DNA of 64,000 nucleotides from Pseudomonadota bacterium (GTDB taxonomy: Bacteria; Bdellovibrionota_C; UBA2361; OMII01): assembly GCA_038134595.1 (NCBI GenBank), contig JAYPVM010000002.1, positions 1 to 64,000 of the forward strand, in the 5' to 3' direction. Positions 8,189-16,102 of this stretch are shown here, piece by piece (within the stretch, counting starts at the first letter, position 1; every line of letters starts with the position of its first letter). The translations under genes were made by a program, and so were the position numbers. Below the pieces are notes generated by a model that was not told the DNA's origin, ran no database searches, and was given only the letters and a program-made list of their open reading frames with translations.

Positions 8189-9625
8189 ATGGCAGATAAC
8201 CATTTGACCAGTTTACAACCCGGCACCGTGATAGGCGGTACCTACGAGGTCGTTAAGTGCCTGGGCGCTGGTAGTATGGGTATGGTCTATGCGTGCAGGC
8301 ATCGAGAGTTGCAAGGTAATTTGGTTGCCGCAAAGGTGCTTTTTCACGAAGTAGCATCAGACAAGGTTGCTGCAGCACGCTTTAAGAATGAGGTATTGGC
8401 GTCGTACGGAATATCTCATCCTAATGTTGTTCGAGCATATGAATTTATACGAGACGGGGATTTAGTTGCCTATACGATGGAGTATGTGGGAGGAGGCGAT
8501 CTAGCCGATAGGCTTGGAGCGAGTGAGAGTACTAGTATATCGGAGTCAGTTCAGTTGCTCTTGCAGATGGCTGCAGGTGTACAGGCGATTCATGACTCAG
8601 GAATAGTGCACCGCGATTTAAAGCCAGAGAATATCTTGTTGTCAAAAGATAACACAGTAAAGATAGCAGATTTTGGTATAGCGAGAACAAAAAATGGTCC
8701 TAAATTAACTGAGCACGGCGGCGTGGTAGGAACGATAGAATACGTTGCCCCTGAGTATATGCTGAAGTCTCAGGTTGATTGGCGTTCAGATATTTACGCG
8801 CTGGGTGTGTTAGCATTTGAGTTACTTGCTGGTGAGCCGCCGTTTAAGGGAGATAGCCCCTATGATGCCATTACCAAGCGATTGCAGTCTGATCCAGAGC
8901 CGCCGAGTAAGTATCGAGTAGAGTGTCCACCGGAGCTAGATAGAGTCATTCTTAAAGCACTCGAAAGGGATCCTGAAAAACGTTATCAGTCAGGAACCGA
9001 ACTGTTTTATGAATTAACCGACGCTGTAGAAAGTGCCAATATAGCAGGCGTTGTTGCAACGGGGATATTGGTGCCTCCGCGTCCAGCCGCTGGTGCGCCT
9101 AAATATGTAGGCCCCTCTTTGGAAGCTACGACAGATGAGGCCGAGAAGACACAGACACAACTTTTAACCTCTGATGGTTCAGTGGAATATGGAGCCGATG
9201 TGGCACCGCACATGGCTAGCACAAAACCAAAATCTGCGATTGATGAAGATACAGCGGACCAGGCTTTTCGGTCTCGACAAGCAACAGAGTTTCTCGCACC
9301 CGCCGAAATGGATTACGAGTATCAATCAAGCGTTGAAGATCCGGCGTATTCTAGCACTCCTGATACCCTATCTGCAGATGGGGCAGTTGATCCGATGGTT
9401 ACCCACAGAGAGTCGATGCGTGCCCACTTCAGGGAGCAATACGGCAACAGGGCGCCTGTCGAGGAATTCCCAGCGGATTTGTTACACCGAAGCTCTCAAA
9501 GATTACTGGTGTTAGATGCAATTGTATTCATGGTCGCAGCTGTGAGTGGTATTGGTATCGGGTATGTCTTTTTAAGGATATTTGCTCCATCGTTTTTGGA
9601 GAAATTGGTAGGTTTAAGCTTATGA
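8189..9625 (+). CDS. Hanks-type Ser/Thr protein kinase with C-terminal TM anchor
   Basis: GAGSMG, VAAK, HRDLKPEN, DFG, GT..YVAPE, SDIYALG all intact. Confidence 0.96.
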   Translation: MADNHLTSLQPGTVIGGTYEVVKCLGAGSMGMVYACRHRELQGNLVAAKVLFHEVASDKVAAARFKNEVLASYGISHPNVVRAYEFIRDGDLVAYTMEYVGGGDLADRLGASESTSISESVQLLLQMAAGVQAIHDSGIVHRDLKPENILLSKDNTVKIADFGIARTKNGPKLTEHGGVVGTIEYVAPEYMLKSQVDWRSDIYALGVLAFELLAGEPPFKGDSPYDAITKRLQSDPEPPSKYRVECPPELDRVILKALERDPEKRYQSGTELFYELTDAVESANIAGVVATGILVPPRPAAGAPKYVGPSLEATTDEAEKTQTQLLTSDGSVEYGADVAPHMASTKPKSAIDEDTADQAFRSRQATEFLAPAEMDYEYQSSVEDPAYSSTPDTLSADGAVDPMVTHRESMRAHFREQYGNRAPVEEFPADLLHRSSQRLLVLDAIVFMVAAVSGIGIGYVFLRIFAPSFLEKLVGLSL

Positions 9626-10836
9626 GAGTTCTCATTATCGACAGTTCTACTGAAACGCAGGCGTTTTGTGCAAAGCGGATTGAGGGATTTAGTAAGTCTG
9701 ACAAGGAGATGTTGGACTTAAAGGTCAAGCTCGTTAATGCAACAGATTTTCTCGATAGGTTGTCGGAAGCTGATGTTGTGCTTTTGGGATCTGGAATATC
9801 AGAGGATGCCGTATCAATCGCGAGGAAGGTAAGACAAGAAGCGCCTTGGATCCAAATGGTCATGTTTGTAAGTGACACTGAGTATGGTGGTGGAGCCTTT
9901 CGCTCAGCGAGTGCCGCGGGTGTTCGCAAAGTGTTTCCGGACAGCGCGACGTCGCTTGATCTGTTGCAGGAACTCGTTGCGATTTACTCAGATTTTCAAA
10001 AAGAGGGCCGTACCTTTGATGGGAAAGTGATTGTAGTAATGCACGCCAAGGGGGGAGTAGGAGCTACGTCGATTGCCGCAGGATTAGGGGAGATGTGTAG
10101 TACGCTCTCTAGAAGGACACTGCTATGGGATCTTGACGTAGAAACAAAAGACCTAAGTCGCGCCCTTACAGCGGCAGGACCAGAAGCAAAGCTTGTCAGT
10201 GGATGGGTAAACGGCAGTAGAGATATTACGCGTGAAAATCTTCGGGATGCCCTTATTCCACTTGCCAATGATGTTTCGATTCTTATCCCTCCAGATAAGT
10301 TCGCTGAATCGATGGACCTCGTGTGTCACGCCGACGGCATGGAGATTGCGCAGAGAATCGTTGAATTAGCAAAGGTGCTTTTCGATGTTGTCATTATAGA
10401 CACTGCCGGCAGGATGGGCCCTGCAGTGGGAGGGCTCTTAAGAAGTGCGGACACGGTTGTTTTGGTAAGTGACGATACTGAACTTAGTCTCACCGCAACA
10501 GATCTTCTACTCTCATCGGTAAAACCACTACTGGCTGGAGTTGATCAGGTGCGGATGTTACTTCGAGCGACCTCAGAGAAACGGGTTAGCCTAAAGGATG
10601 TGATTGCAGATTTTGAAGAGGTCCATGAGTTACCCGAGCAGGCTTGGGAATTTCCTGTAATTGCGTTTGATCAAAAAGTTGCCGATTGGCCCGGAAGTGG
10701 AAACACTATTTTTAGCAGCAAAAATACTGTTATTACTAATAGTTTTGCTGAGATAGCTCTTAAACTTGGACTTTCGGCCACTGAGTCTGCCGAATCTGGC
10801 GAGAAACGGGGCTGGTTGACTCGTATTTTTAGGTGA
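9622..10836 (+). CDS. TadZ/CpaE-like pilus assembly protein (receiver-like domain + MinD/ParA ATPase)
   Basis: MRVLIID receiver-like N-terminus, deviant Walker A AKGGVGATS, DVVIIDTA; lies upstream of flp-cpaB-tadABC. Confidence 0.8.
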   Translation: MRVLIIDSSTETQAFCAKRIEGFSKSDKEMLDLKVKLVNATDFLDRLSEADVVLLGSGISEDAVSIARKVRQEAPWIQMVMFVSDTEYGGGAFRSASAAGVRKVFPDSATSLDLLQELVAIYSDFQKEGRTFDGKVIVVMHAKGGVGATSIAAGLGEMCSTLSRRTLLWDLDVETKDLSRALTAAGPEAKLVSGWVNGSRDITRENLRDALIPLANDVSILIPPDKFAESMDLVCHADGMEIAQRIVELAKVLFDVVIIDTAGRMGPAVGGLLRSADTVVLVSDDTELSLTATDLLLSSVKPLLAGVDQVRMLLRATSEKRVSLKDVIADFEEVHELPEQAWEFPVIAFDQKVADWPGSGNTIFSSKNTVITNSFAEIALKLGLSATESAESGEKRGWLTRIFR

Positions 10837-10902
10837 AACAATGCAACCAGGGCTTAAGGTTTTTAAAGGATTAGACGTTGGTTCAATCGTAGGAAGGTGT
10901 GT

Positions 10903-11061
10903 GTGGTGCGCTCAAATAAGAATTCCATAAGAGGAGCTTCCTTAATCGAGTACGCATTGCTTCTTGGGATGCTTTCGTTAGCTTTAATTGGGGCGCTCAT
11001 AGCGGTCGGAACATCGATAGATAATCGTTTAAATGACCTGGTAAATAATTTTAATTTTTAA
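10903..11061 (+). CDS. flp: Flp family type IVc pilin (not in ORF track, ~52 aa)
   Basis: Hand translation (M)VRSNKNSIRG|ASLIEYALLLGMLSLALIGALIAVGTSIDNRLNDLVNNFNF*; GTG start after AGGAAGG; class III cleavage site with E+5/Y+6. Confidence 0.85.
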   Translation: MVRSNKNSIRGASLIEYALLLGMLSLALIGALIAVGTSIDNRLNDLVNNFNF

Positions 11062-11087
11062 CATGTAATATGTGGAGAAATAGGAAG

Positions 11088-11282
11088 ATGATAAAGCAAC
11101 TTGATAAGAAACAGGAAAAAGAATTTATCAAGAATCGAGAGCGTGGAGCTTCGATGATTGAGTATGGGATTCTTGTGGCTTTGATTTCAGTGGTGGCGAT
11201 CGTCGCGATACAAGCTATTGGGGGCCGGGTTAACAATGCGTTCAACCAGGTCGATTCTTCAATGTCGGGCGCTGGTTTATAG
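11088..11282 (+). CDS. flp: Flp family type IVc pilin
   Basis: ERG|ASMIEYGILVALISVVAIVAI...F; ATG at 11088 after AGGAAG (ORF track starts at 11070). Confidence 0.92.
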   Translation: MIKQLDKKQEKEFIKNRERGASMIEYGILVALISVVAIVAIQAIGGRVNNAFNQVDSSMSGAGL

Positions 11283-11353
11283 CCGTAGTTTGCTAAGCCT
11301 AGCGACTGTTGGCTAGTCCAACCGATAAGATTGATAGATCTTGAAGGTATATA

Positions 11354-12220
11354 ATGCCCTCACGGAAGAGAAAAAACACAGGTAGCACTAGTGCGTTTAT
11401 AGCGACAGGCTTGCTTTTGGTGATCCTCTGTGGGGGCGTTTTGTATAAGGAGCAGATCATCGCTGCCCTGGGGAGTAAAGGCCTTGAAATAAAAAAGGTC
11501 GAGAAAAAAGAAAAAACAACAGTCGATGTTTTGGTGGCTGTGCGAGATGTCGATGAGGGCTTTGAGCTAAAGCGAGAGATGTTTCGCCAAGAGACTCGAG
11601 AGAAGAAAGAGGTAGTAGACTCGAGCTTCGTGGCAGGTTTTGAACAGTTACGCGGAACCTATGCCAAATCGTTTATACCATCGGGCCAGCTTCTTGTTGC
11701 TGATTTTGTAACCTCCCAAGCGCCGGTAAATAGTGTCGTTCCAAAAATTAGGGCGGGGTACCGCGCGATTACAATTAAATTAGATAAATCGACAACCAAT
11801 GAAGGTTGGGCTCGAGCAGGTGTTCGGGTGGATGTTGTTTTGTTTACCGACGAGAAGTTTGATTCAAGAGCGATTGTGATAGCTCAGAATATCACTGTGC
11901 TTTCAAGTGGAACGAGTGTTTCCTCTGAGTTTGGCGGTGACGCTTTAAAGATTCGAGATGGCGAGTCGACCGTTACGTTAGAGGTCTCTGTAGAAGATCA
12001 GAAAAGAATTAAGTTAGCGGCTGGAAAGGGTCAGTTGCGTCTTCTTCTTAGAGGAGATGAGGATATTGCTGTACAAAAAGAGCTTCCATTTAGAGTAGGG
12101 GTGCGTTCTATAGTTGTGCCCCCCGGTGGAAACCAAGAGATCCGTCCAAGTGATCAAGGGTGGTTTATGGTAGACGGAAAACGCTACAGGGTTCTTGGTG
12201 CAGCACTTTTGCCAGAGTAG
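11354..12220 (+). CDS. cpaB: Flp pilus assembly protein CpaB/RcpC
   Basis: N-terminal TM, SAF-like VLVAVRDV, GYRAITI, G.RVDVV, IAQNITVL, TVTLEVS, G.LRLLLR. Confidence 0.88.
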   Translation: MPSRKRKNTGSTSAFIATGLLLVILCGGVLYKEQIIAALGSKGLEIKKVEKKEKTTVDVLVAVRDVDEGFELKREMFRQETREKKEVVDSSFVAGFEQLRGTYAKSFIPSGQLLVADFVTSQAPVNSVVPKIRAGYRAITIKLDKSTTNEGWARAGVRVDVVLFTDEKFDSRAIVIAQNITVLSSGTSVSSEFGGDALKIRDGESTVTLEVSVEDQKRIKLAAGKGQLRLLLRGDEDIAVQKELPFRVGVRSIVVPPGGNQEIRPSDQGWFMVDGKRYRVLGAALLPE

Positions 12221-12527
12221 CCCCACCTATTTTGTCCAAACAGCACATGACTATGAGGTCTCGGTATCCCAAAAACCGAAGCGAGACAAATCTTTGAAAC
12301 GTTGTTTTCTGAGTAGTTGCTTCACGCTGTTTAAGCACTGGTTGTCGGGAATACGATAGGATTCTTGTCTACATTGTGTAAAAGCCGACGAGAATATCTA
12401 GGTAAGAGCCTGAAACCCTTGTGTCTTTTGCGTGGGCGCAAGCTCGTTACTCAATGAAACCGCTCTTTGGGTTCTTAAACTAGGTTTTATCTCAAAAGGA
12501 AAACAGAATTTAAAAGATTTAACCACT

Positions 12528-12554
12528 TATAAATTAGCCGTGATCTGCCGATGA
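12528..12554 (+). promoter_or_regulatory. Putative sigma28-like promoter upstream of tadA
   Basis: TATA-N15-GCCGATGA in the 435-bp cpaB-tadA gap. Confidence 0.35.
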
Positions 12555-12655
12555 AATCATTACGGAGAGACGGTTCCTAATGTGGTTCATGTAGGAGAGG
12601 TTTGCCGATTGTTTTCCGTATCACGATATAAAGACTATCTTGAAGATGGACAGCT

Positions 12656-14167
12656 ATGACAGGTAAACAGCGAAGTGATACAAAATCGCTAAAGGGGATG
12701 TTCTCTACAAGGTCCCAGCGCGACAGAGTGCCGACAGCTAATACGAAAGCTGAGGATGTCTCTGCGATTAAAAGCAAAGTTGACTCGGCACCTGAGCAGA
12801 AACTAGAAGCTCAAAAACGGAGTGCGCCCAAACCGACTCAGATTATACAACCTCCAAGTGGAGGAATCGGGCGAACAGTTGATCTGTCGCCCTTGGGCTC
12901 GCTTGTTATGCGTGAAGCTCGACGTGAAATAGGTAGTGATAGCACGATGCAGCAGCAACTAGCAGCGACCACCAAGACAGAGCTCGTCATCGCCCAGGCC
13001 GTAGATAGAGTGCTTCGAAAGCGCGGTGAGTCACTTGATGACCTAGAGCGAGCCAATGTCATCATCACCCTTCAAAAAGACTTGGTTGGGTGGGGTGTAC
13101 TGCAACCCTTGATTGATAATAAGGAAGTCACCGATATTCACGTCTATGATTACCGGACGGTGGTGCTACAGCGGGGAAAGATAAGTGAGACTACAGGCCT
13201 CTCGTGGCCGTCGAAACAGGCGTATCAAACCTTTATCGATAGGCTCTTGCTACGACTTGGTAAGTCACTCTCAACCCAACAGCACACTGTTGATGCATCG
13301 TTTCCCGATGGGGTTCGATTGTGTGCTGTACATGAGAGCGTGTGTGGCCAGCGGGGCCCGCTACTGTGTATCCGGGTGCCGAGAATATCACAGGTGTCAC
13401 TTGAGAATTTGATTAATTTCCAGGTTGCGCCCCCACTTATAGTAAACTATCTGGCAAGTCTTGTGCGAAGTGGATTAGCTACTATGATGGTCGCTGGTGA
13501 AACCGGAACGGGAAAGACCACACTCATAAAGTGTCTTGCAACTCAATTTGGCCCCGATGAATCTATTGTGGCCGTAGAAGATACCCCTGAACTTAATTTC
13601 GACCATCCATACTTTCGCTCATTGGTATCTCGGCCACCGAACTCGGAGGGTATGGGAGAGGTCACTCTTCAGGAGCACATTAAGACGACACTTCGAATGA
13701 CTCCAACACGTGTGTTGTTAGGAGAGATGAGAACTCCTTTTTCTGCGGAAGCGTTTTTAGAGAGTGCACAGACGGGTCATGTGGGGATGTCGACAATTCA
13801 TGCACGCAACGCTCGTGAAACACTGGTGCGTCTAGAGAGTTTGCTTGGTCGGGCTCAGAAGTCTGTTGCTGTCGACATAATCAGACAGCAGATAGCGCTG
13901 GCAGTTGATTCGGTCGTGTGGCTTGTTCGAGAGAAAGCTACCGGAAAACCTCGAGTTGCGGAGGTGATAGAAGTAGGCCACTTTGTAGAGGGAACAATTC
14001 AGATACGCCCGATGTTTACCCTTATCAAGCAGGGTATTCGTCCTGTGTGGCGTGTTGATTCCTGGAACAGTAATTTCGGTGAACAGCTGAAAAAAGATGG
14101 CGTTAGTCTAGGTGAGTCCACTAAGGAGATTACGATTGCACAACCCTCTGATTCGGAGAGGTCATAA
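12656..14167 (+). CDS. tadA: Tad pilus assembly ATPase TadA/CpaF
   Basis: Walker A GETGTGKTT, Asp box VEDTPEL, Walker B RVLLGEMR, His box GHVGMSTIHA. Confidence 0.93.
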   Translation: MTGKQRSDTKSLKGMFSTRSQRDRVPTANTKAEDVSAIKSKVDSAPEQKLEAQKRSAPKPTQIIQPPSGGIGRTVDLSPLGSLVMREARREIGSDSTMQQQLAATTKTELVIAQAVDRVLRKRGESLDDLERANVIITLQKDLVGWGVLQPLIDNKEVTDIHVYDYRTVVLQRGKISETTGLSWPSKQAYQTFIDRLLLRLGKSLSTQQHTVDASFPDGVRLCAVHESVCGQRGPLLCIRVPRISQVSLENLINFQVAPPLIVNYLASLVRSGLATMMVAGETGTGKTTLIKCLATQFGPDESIVAVEDTPELNFDHPYFRSLVSRPPNSEGMGEVTLQEHIKTTLRMTPTRVLLGEMRTPFSAEAFLESAQTGHVGMSTIHARNARETLVRLESLLGRAQKSVAVDIIRQQIALAVDSVVWLVREKATGKPRVAEVIEVGHFVEGTIQIRPMFTLIKQGIRPVWRVDSWNSNFGEQLKKDGVSLGESTKEITIAQPSDSERS

Positions 14168-14172
14168 ACGCT

Positions 14173-15150
14173 ATGGATTCGCTTGGGCCAAATAATTTGC
14201 CGGTTTTAGTCTTAGTTGCCGCCGCACTGGGTATCGGTTTTGTTTTATTTATTCGGGCAGTAGCCGGTAAACGAGCGGATTCAGGGGGACAGGACCTTCG
14301 CTCGATGATGGATTTCTATCGAGAGGATTCCAGTGATGGAATGATGGAAGACCTACTGGTGTCGCCCGATGGCGGCGGGGGAGATGTGTCTAGCGAGCGT
14401 CAGGAAACTTCTCTTGATAAGCGCTTGCGGTATGCACAGCTAGATAGGATTCCTCCGTATATGGTAAGCGTTGCCCAGATAGCAATTAGTTTGACGGCGT
14501 TTTTTGTCTCACGGATGTTTCTTCGCGAGGTGCTGCAAGTTGCGTCTCTAACGTTGGGTCCGTTGATAGTAAATAAGGTTATCGAGCGACGTATTGAGGC
14601 TCGAGCGAGGCGGTTTGATCTTGATTTCCCTCAGTTTCTTCTCGCGGTCACAGGCATGCTTAAAACCGGACTCAATACCGTGCAAGCTCTTGAGGCTGCG
14701 GCAAGTGGATTAGAGGAAGAGTCTCTTGTAAGGCAGGAGGTCGAGCTTATGCTTGAGCGATTTCGAGTAGGTGTGCCCGAGGACCGATCGATCGGTTCAT
14801 TTGGAGAGGACATCAGGCAACCTGAGATAGAATTGTTTGTTCAAGCATTGATATTGAGTAAGCGGGTGGGAGGAAATCTCTCAGATACCCTCGACCGACT
14901 GAGTAAACAGATTCGAAAGCGGCAGGCGTTTAAGCTTACTGCTTCATCGTCTGTCGCCCAACAACGGGGCTCTATTTGGGTTATTATCGGACTTATCGCG
15001 GCACTACAGAGCTTTATGCTCTTTTCAGCTCCCGATATGGTGGTCGGAGCGTGGAAGAATCCGTCGTTGGCCGGCTGGTCTCAAGGGGCCCTTGTGATCA
15101 TCGCCTTCGGAGTGTGGTTAATGAACAAGATAACGAATATACGGATTTAA
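14173..15150 (+). CDS. tadB: Tad inner-membrane platform protein TadB
   Basis: T2SSF-like domain: F...FPQFL...LKTG, VGGNLSDTLDRLSKQIR; several TM helices; follows tadA. Confidence 0.88.
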   Translation: MDSLGPNNLPVLVLVAAALGIGFVLFIRAVAGKRADSGGQDLRSMMDFYREDSSDGMMEDLLVSPDGGGGDVSSERQETSLDKRLRYAQLDRIPPYMVSVAQIAISLTAFFVSRMFLREVLQVASLTLGPLIVNKVIERRIEARARRFDLDFPQFLLAVTGMLKTGLNTVQALEAAASGLEEESLVRQEVELMLERFRVGVPEDRSIGSFGEDIRQPEIELFVQALILSKRVGGNLSDTLDRLSKQIRKRQAFKLTASSSVAQQRGSIWVIIGLIAALQSFMLFSAPDMVVGAWKNPSLAGWSQGALVIIAFGVWLMNKITNIRI

Positions 15151-15151
15151 G

Positions 15152-16090
15152 GTGATTACAACGCAAGTCTTTCAATCTCTGTTTTTTGGCACCGGAGCGC
15201 TACTTGCAGTGGGCTTTGTATTCGTCCTTGCTCGCCGTCGTGGAGGCTCTGGACGGGGGCGGCTACGGGAATACTCTCGCTATGAGGGAGAGCAGTTTGA
15301 AGATGATGAAGACGATTTGGATGAGCTAGATGAAGGTGAGATTGAAGATCTACTGGAACAGGCCGCAAAGAATCGGAAGAAAAAAAAGAAGCACGAACCG
15401 ACGGTTGATGAGCAGCTCTTTATGGCAGGACGCTTCTCACCTGCAGAACGGGAGGACTACATCCGCAAGAGAAAGCTAGCGCCAATTGTATTTGCCTTTA
15501 TTGGTGTAATTGTAGGAACCGTGATGGGAGGGCTTCAGCAGGTTGTTTTGATGGCTTTGGTGGGGGGATTACTAGGAATGTACCTGCCAATTATGATGTT
15601 AAGAAAATGGGTGGAGGAGCAGCACCAGGAGATTGAGTATTATTTACCGCTTCTTATTGAGCAGATAGCTATCGGAGTGAGTAGTTCACTTGATATCGGA
15701 CCGTGTTTGTCGCAGGTAGTACAGCTTTGCGATGAGCGAGATTCGCACAATGCAACCACGAAGCTCATCAAATACGCGCTCTATTATGTAAAATCGGGTG
15801 TGAGCCTTGAGGAAGCACTTATTGAAGTAGGGCATCTCTCCGGGCAAGCAGAGCTAAAACACTCACTCTTAGCGCTCTCGCAGGTATCTAAGTTTGGAGG
15901 CGAGATCACGAAACAACTTCAAGATTTGGCTGAATCAGTAGCAAATCAAAGAGAAGCTAAAATTGAAAGTACGATTAAAAAACTCGAATTGAAAGCGTCG
16001 GGGCCGGTGGCCATTGTTTTTTTAGCGTACATGATACTACTAGGGCTTGGGATAGCATCGCAATTTGTTAATTCAGGCTTTGTGCAGTAG
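15152..16090 (+). CDS. tadC: Tad inner-membrane platform protein TadC
   Basis: LP..IEQIAIGVSS, GVSLEEAL, Q..KFGG.I...L; follows tadB by 1 bp. Confidence 0.85.
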   Translation: MITTQVFQSLFFGTGALLAVGFVFVLARRRGGSGRGRLREYSRYEGEQFEDDEDDLDELDEGEIEDLLEQAAKNRKKKKKHEPTVDEQLFMAGRFSPAEREDYIRKRKLAPIVFAFIGVIVGTVMGGLQQVVLMALVGGLLGMYLPIMMLRKWVEEQHQEIEYYLPLLIEQIAIGVSSSLDIGPCLSQVVQLCDERDSHNATTKLIKYALYYVKSGVSLEEALIEVGHLSGQAELKHSLLALSQVSKFGGEITKQLQDLAESVANQREAKIESTIKKLELKASGPVAIVFLAYMILLGLGIASQFVNSGFVQ

Positions 16091-16102
16091 CAGGGGTTTT
16101 GA

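Noticed and set aside
11321..11328. ACCGATAA as a sigma28 promoter for cpaB
   Set aside because: Good -10 box but no TAAA-like -35 at the required spacing.
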